A DNA stretch of 64,000 nucleotides, taken from positions 96,001 to 160,000 of the forward strand of contig CAVUQO010000003.1 of the NCBI GenBank assembly GCA_963743635.1, given 5' to 3'. This document shows positions 38,376-47,350 of this stretch, piece after piece; the stretch's first letter is position 1, and every line of letters begins with the position of its first letter. Source of the DNA: Candidatus Babeliales bacterium. GTDB lineage: Bacteria > Babelota > Babeliae > Babelales > Vermiphilaceae. The notes under the pieces were generated by a model. It had not been told where the DNA came from, did not search any database, and worked only from the letters and a program-made list of their open reading frames with translations. The translations under genes were made by a program, and so were the position numbers.

Positions 38376-39701
38376 CAGCAGAAACAATCGAGTCAGCAGC
38401 TTGAATACTCTTTCGTAAAGGCAGGCAATTATGAACATAAGAATGTTGATTTTGCAACTATTTCACCTGATGGCAAGGCGTTATTAACAACATCGCATGG
38501 AGGGTGGAAAGCCCCATACCGCGGAACTATAATGCTCAAACATATTGATAGTCGGGAAGAACCCGTTTGCTTTGAGCACAGGAGCAGTGAAATGTTGGCG
38601 GCCTTTTCATCCGATAGTAAACGGGCTGCAGTTTCGAGTCGGTATCACGCCAATAATGGAGCATTAATTATACTTGATGTGGTTAAGGGTAAGATAGAGA
38701 AGGAAATCCCTACTAATGATAAGGGTTGGCATTTTTTGTCGTTTGCATCAGGTGACACAAAGGTGATTACAGTTGGATATAGCTCGGTGCATATCTTTAA
38801 TAGCGATACGGGAGAAATAGAGCGTAAGATCGACGAGTATAGCGATAACATTGGAATATGTTTTTTTAAAGAGAATGTCTTGATGGCATTATTGCATAAT
38901 GGCGTGATAAAAAGTGTAGATCTCGGCACTCTTAAAGACTTGCCAGATATTACCTGTTTAGATGCACCCAAGGCTTGGGATTCTTGGGTAGGATCTGCAT
39001 CTGCGTTGGGTAATCGGGTGGTTATTGTTGGAGAAGCCGATGATGTGAACGTGTACGATGCGCAAACAGGCCATAAAATAGTGAAAATGCCTATGGGGAG
39101 AGTATCTGACTTTCATAATCGGTATCATGTGAGGCGGACTGGGTTATCATCAAGTGGCGATACTCTTGTACTTGGATTGCAGGGGAACCGAGGAGAGAAG
39201 GCAATGGTAGCTATAGCAGATATAAAGGGATGTTCAGGAATACATACTTTCAATCTTGAAATTTGTTTTAAAGAAGATGGTCTCCTAAGCCCCATAAATG
39301 CACCAGCAATAAAATTGTCGCCGGATGACCGTTCAATGTTAGTTGAGCCTGGGGATTGGAATTGTACAGGGCCCGCAGTTATCTATGATGTGCAAACGGG
39401 TGAAAAGAAATTTGAATTTGAAGGCGGCGAGAAGAATTCTACATATGGATTATTTTCTCCTAATGGTGAGTATGTGGTGGCTGCATCGGATGGAATAGTG
39501 CAGATTGCTCGGCGGATAATTGCGCAGTCCTTACAGGCGTCGGGACCATCAGAGCCTGCGCGTGCTTCACAAGCAGATGAAGATGATAAACCCGTGCAGT
39601 CTGGAGGTTCGCAATCTTTGCAGTTAGTGGAAGTGACATGGGGGAGTCGGGTCAGAAATCTTACCAGACGGCTGATAGCATCTTTACAATTTTCGAAATG
39701 A
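38313..39701 (+). CDS. Secreted WD40-like beta-propeller protein; CaaX interrupted by TGA
   Basis: Paralog of 36966..38201; 3' end reads TCG AAA TGA ATG GTT TCT TGA. Confidence 0.8.
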   Translation: MKRIFVIAVVAGFLGGSVHAMQQKQSSQQLEYSFVKAGNYEHKNVDFATISPDGKALLTTSHGGWKAPYRGTIMLKHIDSREEPVCFEHRSSEMLAAFSSDSKRAAVSSRYHANNGALIILDVVKGKIEKEIPTNDKGWHFLSFASGDTKVITVGYSSVHIFNSDTGEIERKIDEYSDNIGICFFKENVLMALLHNGVIKSVDLGTLKDLPDITCLDAPKAWDSWVGSASALGNRVVIVGEADDVNVYDAQTGHKIVKMPMGRVSDFHNRYHVRRTGLSSSGDTLVLGLQGNRGEKAMVAIADIKGCSGIHTFNLEICFKEDGLLSPINAPAIKLSPDDRSMLVEPGDWNCTGPAVIYDVQTGEKKFEFEGGEKNSTYGLFSPNGEYVVAASDGIVQIARRIIAQSLQASGPSEPARASQADEDDKPVQSGGSQSLQLVEVTWGSRVRNLTRRLIASLQFSK

Positions 39702-39860
39702 ATGGTTTCTTGATCATCTTATGTGCGGATTTTTCCTGTCATCGCCTACGGATTGGGATCTTTCCAACGACGTCTTTGCGACCGTGAGTTTGACCATCTA
39801 TCCCTTTTTACCTACACTAAAATAAGTACCAATATAAAGTCCTTTAGCATTAGTAATTCT

Positions 39861-40526
39861 ATGTATTTAACGTTAGACGTCGTCAAATCGCTCATTAATC
39901 TCCTTACTTTGATCATTACCTATTTTTGGATGGTTCCCCTTTTAGGGTGCTTTCGCGCATGGGTTGCCAAGAAGATGGGAGATTCAACCCCAGAAATGCT
40001 TGGTTTTCTAACTCTTGATCCCTTCGTGCATATCGATTTTATCGGATTAACCGTTCTGTGTCTTTTTAACATAGGCTGGGGCGTCTATTTCCCTATTTAT
40101 CTCAATAACATTCAGGGTCGCTTTGCAAATGTAAGACGCATGATTGCATTGTTTTCAGATACTCTTTTGGGCTTTGTAATCGGGGTGCTTACGGTCATTA
40201 TTATCGCATTATTCGGTTATAGCTATGATCAAATAATGTCTTCTGGTAGCCAGGCGCCATCAGCGATTGTTGCATTCTATTTATTACTTCGCAGAACGCT
40301 GGGCTTAGCTGTCTTTCTTATGCTCATTAACTTTATCATTAATTTTGTGTCGGCTATTGGATGGTTTGTTTCTCGCAGTACTTCTTTCTATAATATGTAC
40401 CTTCAAATGTTTTTAATTGGCGGTCCGCTGCTTATTTGTATCGTGTTTGGTAATGTTATTAATCAACTGATGTTTTACGCTATCGTGTATGTAGGCACAT
40501 CAATTCTTAGCTTATTTGGAATGTAA
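39861..40526 (+). CDS. Site-2 protease (M50)-like membrane protein lacking HExxH
   Basis: AWVAKKMGD.TP...G.LTLDPFVHID.IG resembles the S2P pattern; metal-binding motif absent. Confidence 0.6.
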   Translation: MYLTLDVVKSLINLLTLIITYFWMVPLLGCFRAWVAKKMGDSTPEMLGFLTLDPFVHIDFIGLTVLCLFNIGWGVYFPIYLNNIQGRFANVRRMIALFSDTLLGFVIGVLTVIIIALFGYSYDQIMSSGSQAPSAIVAFYLLLRRTLGLAVFLMLINFIINFVSAIGWFVSRSTSFYNMYLQMFLIGGPLLICIVFGNVINQLMFYAIVYVGTSILSLFGM

Positions 40527-40530
40527 TAGT

Positions 40531-41706
40531 ATGGCACATCAACTTGCAAAAAATACCGTACAAGTTTTGCCTGAAGGCGAACTTGAAAAAAAATTAGCAA
40601 CGGGCAAAAAGCTCAACATTAAGTTAGGAATGGATCCTACATCTTCCGATTTACATCTTGGTCATGCAGTTGTACTTTCCAAACTCAAAGAATTCCAAGA
40701 TGCGGGCCATAACGTTATTTTCTTGATTGGTGATTTCACCGCACGCATTGGCGATCCAACGGGGCGCTCAAAAACGCGTCCACCATTGACTGAAGAAGAT
40801 ATCAAACATAATACCAAGACCTATTTCGAACAGGTCAGCAAAATTCTTGATCCAAAGAAAATTACCATTCGATACAATTCAGAACTACTCGATCCATTAA
40901 GCGCAAAAGATATCGTGAAATTGTGCGCGAAAGTTACTCTTGCACGATTAACGGAACGTGAAGATTTTAAAAATCGTATCGAAGCAAATCAACCAATTGG
41001 TTTTCATGAGCTGCTTTATCCGCTCTTTCAAGGCTATGATTCAGTGGCATTGCATGCTGACGTCGAGCTCGGCGGAACCGATCAAACATTCAATCTTTTA
41101 ATGGGCCGTTACTTGCAAGAGCAGTATGGCCAACCCGCGCAAGTGGTGATGACGATGCCGTTACTTGAGGGCTTAGATGGTCAGCAAAAGATGTCTAAAT
41201 CATTGGGCAATACCATTGGTTTAACCGAATCTGCCGATCAGGCGTTTGGTAAATTGATGTCTATCTCAGATGTTCTTATGTGGCGCTATATGCGCGTATT
41301 GCTGAATAAAGATCAGCAAGAAATGAGCAGTTGGGAAGCGCGTGTTGCCGGAGGATCGACACATCCCATGGAATTGAAAAAAAACATGGCGCGCAATATC
41401 GTTGCAAAATTTTGGTCTGAAAAAGAGGCGGATGCTGCATTCAAACAATTTGAAGCGGTGTTTCAGAAAAAAGATTATTCCCAAGCGCAAGAAGTTTCGC
41501 TGGGCGATCTTGCCAATCCAATTTGGATCGTCGATCTTTTAAAAGCGCTCGATGCAATTAAAACATCCTCTGAAGCAAAGCGATTAATAGAAACAGGTTC
41601 AGTATCCATTGATGAGAAACCAGTCACCGAATTTAAAGCCGAAGTTGCATGGAAATCGGGCATGACCATTAAGGTTGGTAAACATAGGATATATCGCATC
41701 GCGTAA
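40531..41706 (+). CDS. tyrS: Tyrosine--tRNA ligase
   Basis: GMDPT..DLHLGH, IGDPTG, YP..QGYDS, GGTDQ, KMSKS, C-terminal S4-like domain. Confidence 0.97.
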   Translation: MAHQLAKNTVQVLPEGELEKKLATGKKLNIKLGMDPTSSDLHLGHAVVLSKLKEFQDAGHNVIFLIGDFTARIGDPTGRSKTRPPLTEEDIKHNTKTYFEQVSKILDPKKITIRYNSELLDPLSAKDIVKLCAKVTLARLTEREDFKNRIEANQPIGFHELLYPLFQGYDSVALHADVELGGTDQTFNLLMGRYLQEQYGQPAQVVMTMPLLEGLDGQQKMSKSLGNTIGLTESADQAFGKLMSISDVLMWRYMRVLLNKDQQEMSSWEARVAGGSTHPMELKKNMARNIVAKFWSEKEADAAFKQFEAVFQKKDYSQAQEVSLGDLANPIWIVDLLKALDAIKTSSEAKRLIETGSVSIDEKPVTEFKAEVAWKSGMTIKVGKHRIYRIA

Positions 41707-41730
41707 CCCATTACAGTGCGAAAACAATAT

Positions 41731-41767
41731 AAAAAAAACGAGCGATCATCATGATCGCTCGTTTTTT
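41731..41767. terminator. Bidirectional intrinsic terminator
   Basis: A-run, CGAGCGATCA-TCA-TGATCGCTCG, T-run between convergent genes. Confidence 0.85.
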
Positions 41768-41784
41768 AGTCGATAGTAAGAAAA

Positions 41785-42261
41785 TTATCGATATTCAGAC
41801 GCAAGATATTCTTCAGTAGTTGCGATTCTTTTCAAAGTAATTCCTAACCTAGTAGCTAAGTGCTCCAGAGTTCTAGTGAGGTGCTTGCATGAGTGTTTTA
41901 ACTGGTTTAACTGATGCTGCGATAATGATGTTCCCGCTTGATCGGGAGTTGTCCAATCCATCGCAGTGTTGTAACAAACTGATAGACGACTATTAAATGA
42001 ATTTTTGGAGCCTGCGCTCAGAAGATCGTAATTATGTCTGCTTGCATGTAATAACTCATGACTTTTATGGCTTATCGTTTTTATTGTGCTCTCCACTCTA
42101 TCGAACGTGTCACCGTCTGTGCCAAGGGAAAGCATGTTGAGACTATCAGTAACAGTTTTCATGTCGAGGGAAAGTTGGTTAAAAAACTCTTCTCTATCTG
42201 CCAGCGCCGATTGTCCATAACACACCAGGGCTATAATAGCCAATTGCTTTAGTATCTTCAT
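41785..42261 (-). CDS. Secreted helical hypothetical protein (MKILKQLAIIAL family)
   Basis: AAGGAG RBS; leader shared with 43247 and 43892. Confidence 0.7.
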   Translation of the reverse strand: MKILKQLAIIALVCYGQSALADREEFFNQLSLDMKTVTDSLNMLSLGTDGDTFDRVESTIKTISHKSHELLHASRHNYDLLSAGSKNSFNSRLSVCYNTAMDWTTPDQAGTSLSQHQLNQLKHSCKHLTRTLEHLATRLGITLKRIATTEEYLASEYR

Positions 42262-42444
42262 ATTCTTTTTCTCCTTTATTATGAAGATTAATACTATTAT
42301 CAATTCTCAGTCTAATTAAAAAAGGGGCTAAAAAGCAATGGTTTAGCGGGTTATTTTTATTTTTAAACACGAAACAAGCATCCATAGCCACCTTTGGCTA
42401 TGGATGCTTGTGGAAAATACCAATCAAAGGGGTTATTTGTAACC

Positions 42445-42676
42445 CTTCCGCCTACGTTTATTCAGTCTTCGCTCCTTTTTCGAGCTACGCCTGACAGGCC
42501 GGTCTTGTCGGGCAGCGTCCGAGCGTCTTTCGATGAACTCCCTACTGCGCTATCCTTCGACCCTTCGACCAGCTCAGGGCTCAGGACGAGCGGGACCCCG
42601 TTCATGGTAGTCCTGAGCGAAAAGCGAAGGGACGAACCACGAAGGGCAGGCAGGATGCACGGGATGAAGACGGAGG
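42445..42676. repeat. Composite/nested palindromic repeat cluster (families A and B)
   Basis: CCCTTCGACC-AGCTCAGGG, GTCCTGAGCG...CGAAGGG, GCTACGCCTGACAGG motifs; GC-rich island. Confidence 0.7.
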
Positions 42677-42677
42677 T

Positions 42678-42848
42678 TTATGGTGCGCGATTAAGCACAA
42701 ACGATATGACGTAAATAATCAAGAATACAAAGAATAAAATTTTCGCGATTCCTACGCTTTCTCCTGCAATGCCGCCAAATCCAAGAATTCCTGCTACGAT
42801 AGCAAGCACCAAGAAAATGAGCGTCCAATGTAATAATCCACCGTTCAT
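42678..42848 (-). CDS. DUF1328 (YtjA-like) small membrane protein, 56 aa, absent from the ORF track
   Basis: [43 protein letters not shown]..; AAGGAG RBS. Confidence 0.9.
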   Translation of the reverse strand: MNGGLLHWTLIFLVLAIVAGILGFGGIAGESVGIAKILFFVFLIIYVISFVLNRAP

Positions 42849-43246
42849 GACGTCTCCTTATATAGAGGCCCAGAGTTATACCGAGTTAGATTCTAAAAAA
42901 GATTAATGGTTAAAGGCAATAGTCCGGAGAAAATCTTTCTCTCATTGATGGGCTGGTTACCGGGGGGCATCAAGGGGATTTTTTTAGGGTTTTTTGCGTC
43001 TTGGTAACGTCTTTAGGGGTGAATTTCGCGTGCTGCCTGAGTGCCCAACCTGCCCATATCCTTAGAGGCATATAGCATTGATGGATAAGCTTTATCGATA
43101 TATTTAAAATCCGATATCATCTCCAGGAGGTTCTTTTGAATGTATGGATTTAAAAAAAGCGCTAAACTATTGCATTTCTGGGCTTGGATCGCATATTATC
43201 AGTATTGATAATAATATTAATCTTCATAAATAAGGAGAAAATGAAT

Positions 43247-43603
43247 ATGAAGACATTAAAAAACCTGGCTATAGTAGCCTTGATCATGACTGGGCAATCA
43301 TTGATTGCTGGGCCTAATCCTCACGTGCCATCCCATGCAGAAGTTAAAGCGATAGAGGATCGACTCGCGAAAAAAGGCTCAAAGGAGGCCGCAACTGAGT
43401 CTTGCATAGTTGCCTTGGGAAAGGATCGCGAAACCCTCAGAAGTTGGAAAGATAGCACTGGTAGACTTTATGAGTACGTTACAGCAACCTTGAATAAGGC
43501 TCAAAATGAACTAACTGCAGCTCGAAAAGCCTTCATGACCAAGTTGTCAACTCAGGTAAAATCAATGCAGGCGGTTGTTGAGGCAGAAAGCTCGGCTCGT
43601 TAG
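43247..43603 (+). CDS. Secreted coiled-coil hypothetical protein
   Basis: Shared leader and signal peptide; own terminator 43637-43669. Confidence 0.7.
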   Translation: MKTLKNLAIVALIMTGQSLIAGPNPHVPSHAEVKAIEDRLAKKGSKEAATESCIVALGKDRETLRSWKDSTGRLYEYVTATLNKAQNELTAARKAFMTKLSTQVKSMQAVVEAESSAR

Positions 43604-43891
43604 TGCAATCATAGCTCATGCACAATAAAAGAACCAAAAGGGGCGATCTAAAAAGTCGCCTCCTTTTTTCGATTCTGGTCCGTTTTTATGAAACGGAGAC
43701 TATCATGATTTCCCCCCCCCGATAATTTCGCCTCATAAAACTCATTTTTTTAACTGAATTTTTGGCTCTAGAAGGCACTTGTTGCTATAAAATATTCAAA
43801 AAAATATTAAATTGTTGCATTTTGATGAACGATTTGCGTAACATAAGACTTGATAATAGTATTAATCTTCATTAAAGGGGAGACTAAAAAT

Positions 43892-44272
43892 ATGAAGATG
43901 CTAAAAAATGTGGCTATCATAGCCTTGGTGATTTGCGGTAAGTCAATGAATGCCGTTTCTGATCCAGTTGTTCCAACTACTGGTACACTAAATAAGATAC
44001 AAGAAAACGTTAAAAATAAGTGGACCACTATTGCTGATATCAAACATCTTAAGCAAGCAGTCATTGAACTTGATGGCTTCATGGATGCTACGACTCGCTT
44101 ACTAAATCATGCAAGAACAGTTCAAATGAATGCCGTTAACCAGCTTACTGCATTAAGAAAAGCTGAAATTGCGAAGACAAAAGAAAAGCTACAAGGTATG
44201 GAAGAAGAAATTACGAGCGAAACTGCTGGTAAGGATCTTTGCGAAACAATGCCAATGGCGATGGAGCGATAA
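43892..44272 (+). CDS. Secreted coiled-coil hypothetical protein
   Basis: Shared leader; NQLTALRKA resembles NELTAARKA in the previous gene. Confidence 0.7.
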   Translation: MKMLKNVAIIALVICGKSMNAVSDPVVPTTGTLNKIQENVKNKWTTIADIKHLKQAVIELDGFMDATTRLLNHARTVQMNAVNQLTALRKAEIAKTKEKLQGMEEEITSETAGKDLCETMPMAMER

Positions 44273-44305
44273 GTAATACCTTTAAGCATCAAGCAACAAG
44301 TCATA

Positions 44306-44337
44306 AAAAAGAGGCAGTTCTATGGGCTGCCTCTTTT
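44306..44337. terminator. Bidirectional intrinsic terminator
   Basis: AAAAAGAGGCAG-loop-CTGCCTCTTTT between convergent genes. Confidence 0.8.
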
Positions 44338-44367
44338 AGTTTTTGAATATTCTCCAGATTTTTTTTC

Positions 44368-44862
44368 TTATGAACAGCATTGTGTTACGGTCACACTAAT
44401 TGCTGTAGATATATTCCCATATGCATCAACCGATACAATGTAATAACTGTAGACCACATTTGGTTGGCGATTGTGATCATAATATTGTAGTGGATCATTT
44501 GCCGGGATGGTTGCAATAAGTTCAGTGAGTGCTTCATCACGATAGATATTATACGCAATTGGCGCATCGCCATATGCGGGTGTAGTCCAGGTTATTTTAT
44601 TAATGAAATCGGTTTGCAAGAGAAAAACGTTTTGTATTTTACATCCTTGTACTGAATCCGGCGGGAATACTGGCGGCGGTTGGTTATTGAGCGTTGGAGG
44701 CGGTGGTGGTGGCGGTCCTCCGGGACCAAAAGGAAGGTCTGTTCTAAAGTCGGCAGCATTGGCACTGGAGTCAAAGGACTCATCGGGGGTTTGCGTGTTG
44801 ATGGTTGCATACATTGCTAAGCAGGTAAGCAACAGTAATGCTTTAATGCTGTTGCATTTCAT
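44368..44862 (-). CDS. Secreted protein: poly-Pro linker plus FN3-like C-terminal domain
   Basis: NVFLLQTDFIN.ITW..P...Y.IYRD...YSYYIVSVD domain shared with neighbours. Confidence 0.75.
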   Translation of the reverse strand: MKCNSIKALLLLTCLAMYATINTQTPDESFDSSANAADFRTDLPFGPGGPPPPPPPTLNNQPPPVFPPDSVQGCKIQNVFLLQTDFINKITWTTPAYGDAPIAYNIYRDEALTELIATIPANDPLQYYDHNRQPNVVYSYYIVSVDAYGNISTAISVTVTQCCS

Positions 44863-44908
44863 AGTGCTCTCTCTCTTTATTTAAGGGCTGTAAATGCATT
44901 AAAGATCG

Positions 44909-46318
44909 CTACGAACAGCATTGTGTTACGGTCACACTATTTGGCGTTGATACAGAGCCATTCGCATCAACCGATACAATGTAATAACTGTAGACCACAT
45001 TTGGTTGGCGATTGTGATCATAATATTGTAATGGTGCATTCGCTGGAATCGTTGCAACGAGTTCCGTGAGAGCTGGATCGCGGTAGATCTTGTATGAAAC
45101 TGGTACGGGACCGCTTGTGGGCGCTGTCCACGTAATATTGTTAATAAAATCAGTTTGCAGAAGAAATACGTTTTTCGTTTTGCATCCCTGTATTGAATTA
45201 GGAGGGTTTGGGGGTATAGTAATGACGCTTACACTGCCTAAATTGTAGGGGCCTCCGGTATCATTGACTACATACGCTCTTGTACCATCAGGAGTAAGTG
45301 CAATCCCAGTGGGAGTATTAAATGAGGGATCGTTGATAACATCAGTCACCGTATTAGAGGCAGTGTTAATGACGGTGACGCTTCCTGTGCCATAGGCGCC
45401 GCCCATCTGATTGGTTACATAGGCTGTTGCGCCATCAGGGGAAATCGTAATTACTACGGAAGTATTAAATGAGGGATCGTTGATAACATCAGTAACCGTA
45501 TTAGACTCAGTGTTAATGACGCTGACGCTTCCTGTGCCATAGGTGCCGCCGCTCTGATTGGCTACATAAACTGTTGTGCCATCAGGGGTCATTGCAAGTA
45601 CTGCAGAAATATTAAATGAGGGATTGTTGATAACGGCAGCAACCGTATTAGAGGCAGTGTTAATGACGCTGACGCATCCTGTGCCATAGGTGCCGCCCAT
45701 CTGATTGCCTACATAAGCTCTTGTACCATCAGGGGTAAAGGTTATTAATGCAGGATCATTAAATGAGGGATCATTGATAACATCAGTCACCGTATTAGAG
45801 GCGGTGTTGATGACGCTGATGCTTCCTGTGCCATAGGCGCCGCCAGTCTCATTGGCTACATAAACTGTTTTATCATCAGGAGTAATTGCAATTCCGAGGG
45901 GCTCATCAAATGAGGGATCATTGATAACGTCAGTCACCGTATTAGACACAGTGTTAATGACGCTGACGCATCCTGTGCCATGGGTGCCGCCAAGTAGATT
46001 GGCTGCATAAGCTGTTGTACCCTCAGAGGTTACGATTATTATAGGCCTATTAAATGAGGAATCGTTGATAACATCAGTAACAGTATTAGAGATGGTGTTA
46101 ATAACGGTGATGCTTCCTGTGCCGGAGGTACCGCCAGCTTGGTTGGGGACATACGCTGTTGGATTATTAGGGCTAATTTCAATCCATAAGGGCGTATCAA
46201 ATGATGGATCATTGATAACATCAGTAACCATAATTGATGAGGTGGCATAAAGCCCATGCGCGACAAGTAATGACGTGGATAATAAATATACTATACGATG
46301 AGCAACTTTTTTTAACAT
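44909..46318 (-). CDS. YncE/YVTN-type beta-propeller with FN3-like C-terminal domain
   Basis: About seven near-identical 50-aa repeats (TPDG..AYV.N..GG..GTG.VSVINT.SNTV). Confidence 0.85.
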   Translation of the reverse strand: MLKKVAHRIVYLLSTSLLVAHGLYATSSIMVTDVINDPSFDTPLWIEISPNNPTAYVPNQAGGTSGTGSITVINTISNTVTDVINDSSFNRPIIIVTSEGTTAYAANLLGGTHGTGCVSVINTVSNTVTDVINDPSFDEPLGIAITPDDKTVYVANETGGAYGTGSISVINTASNTVTDVINDPSFNDPALITFTPDGTRAYVGNQMGGTYGTGCVSVINTASNTVAAVINNPSFNISAVLAMTPDGTTVYVANQSGGTYGTGSVSVINTESNTVTDVINDPSFNTSVVITISPDGATAYVTNQMGGAYGTGSVTVINTASNTVTDVINDPSFNTPTGIALTPDGTRAYVVNDTGGPYNLGSVSVITIPPNPPNSIQGCKTKNVFLLQTDFINNITWTAPTSGPVPVSYKIYRDPALTELVATIPANAPLQYYDHNRQPNVVYSYYIVSVDANGSVSTPNSVTVTQCCS

Positions 46319-46401
46319 TATGACCTCCTAATGTGAACTATAGATATCTTAGATCTACTATTTTTTGTGTTTACAATCAACACGCAAAAAGAGTCTCATC
46401 A

Positions 46402-47337
46402 CTAAAATACGATCGACACATCGGCCCAGACGCTGAACGTGCGCGCGTGAAATAGATTTGCGGTACTCGCGTTAACGCCGCCGCCAACCACAATGGGTTT
46501 ATGCGGAATGGTACTGCGAATAAGATGCAGTACGTTAAAGTATGCTGCGTTGCGCGTGAAGTTGGGAGTTGAAACGGTCGCGGTTGGCGCTATCACTCCT
46601 TGATTCGTAAAGAAGGTAGGGTTGTAACCAGCTTCATACGCAGTGATATTTTGGCGATATTGCAGCGTCACTAAAAGATCGGTGAAGTTGCCCGGTTCAA
46701 TGATATCGCATGGCGGTAAAACCGGATTCCATGAGCGATTAAAAAGATGCACAAATCGTTGCTGAATGATGACCGACAATGTTCTTTTTTCATTTTCAAT
46801 AAATGCGTATGATCCCTCGACGCCAAATCCTGCGCCATAAAAGCGTGAGCCAACGAGGGGGCCGTAGCGATCATCTAATCGCACGGTTCTGCCTGCAGGT
46901 AATCCCGCTAAACCGTATGCTACTATTTGTCCCCTATCGCCAATAAAGTAGCGATATCCTCCAGTAAATAAGAAATCATCAAAGGCGGTGCGTGATGCAG
47001 AAAAAGGATCAGACCCGGTGAAGGTGCTGTGATCATTCTCTAATCCGGTGGTCAATTCGATCCATGAGCTCAGTGAAGGAAGATAGCGCACGTTAAACAG
47101 TGCGCCCACCACATTGCGGTATTCGTGCACATCAACTGCGGGCGTTTCGGTAACGATATGACTCCTGCGCCCGAAATAAACGGGTAGCGCGGAAACGAGC
47201 ACAAAAGATTTCTTTTTAAGCGCAAAGGGAACATGAAATGCGCGGCGTATACGCATGTTGTAGACGAGTGGATATGCTTGGATTGATGCGAAGTGCAGAG
47301 CAAACAGGAGCGCCATTAACCATTTATTGTTGTACAT
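46402..47337 (-). CDS. Putative outer-membrane beta-barrel protein
   Basis: Signal peptide, alternating amphipathic strands, terminal WADVSIVF. Confidence 0.55.
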   Translation of the reverse strand: MYNNKWLMALLFALHFASIQAYPLVYNMRIRRAFHVPFALKKKSFVLVSALPVYFGRRSHIVTETPAVDVHEYRNVVGALFNVRYLPSLSSWIELTTGLENDHSTFTGSDPFSASRTAFDDFLFTGGYRYFIGDRGQIVAYGLAGLPAGRTVRLDDRYGPLVGSRFYGAGFGVEGSYAFIENEKRTLSVIIQQRFVHLFNRSWNPVLPPCDIIEPGNFTDLLVTLQYRQNITAYEAGYNPTFFTNQGVIAPTATVSTPNFTRNAAYFNVLHLIRSTIPHKPIVVGGGVNASTANLFHARTFSVWADVSIVF

Positions 47338-47350
47338 GCATCACTCTCTC

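Noticed and set aside
39699..39713. Genome-wide TGA recoding or selenocysteine
   Set aside because: TGA terminates conserved genes here (valS, rng), none of the intact housekeeping genes needs an internal TGA, and no convincing SECIS follows
42394..42714. 106-aa plus-strand ORF
   Set aside because: Translation of a composite palindromic repeat; overlaps the DUF1328 gene on the opposite strand
44368..44925. TQCCS termini as CaaX prenylation signals
   Set aside because: No Cys at position -4; CCX-type motifs need a Rab context, so a disulfide role is at least as likely
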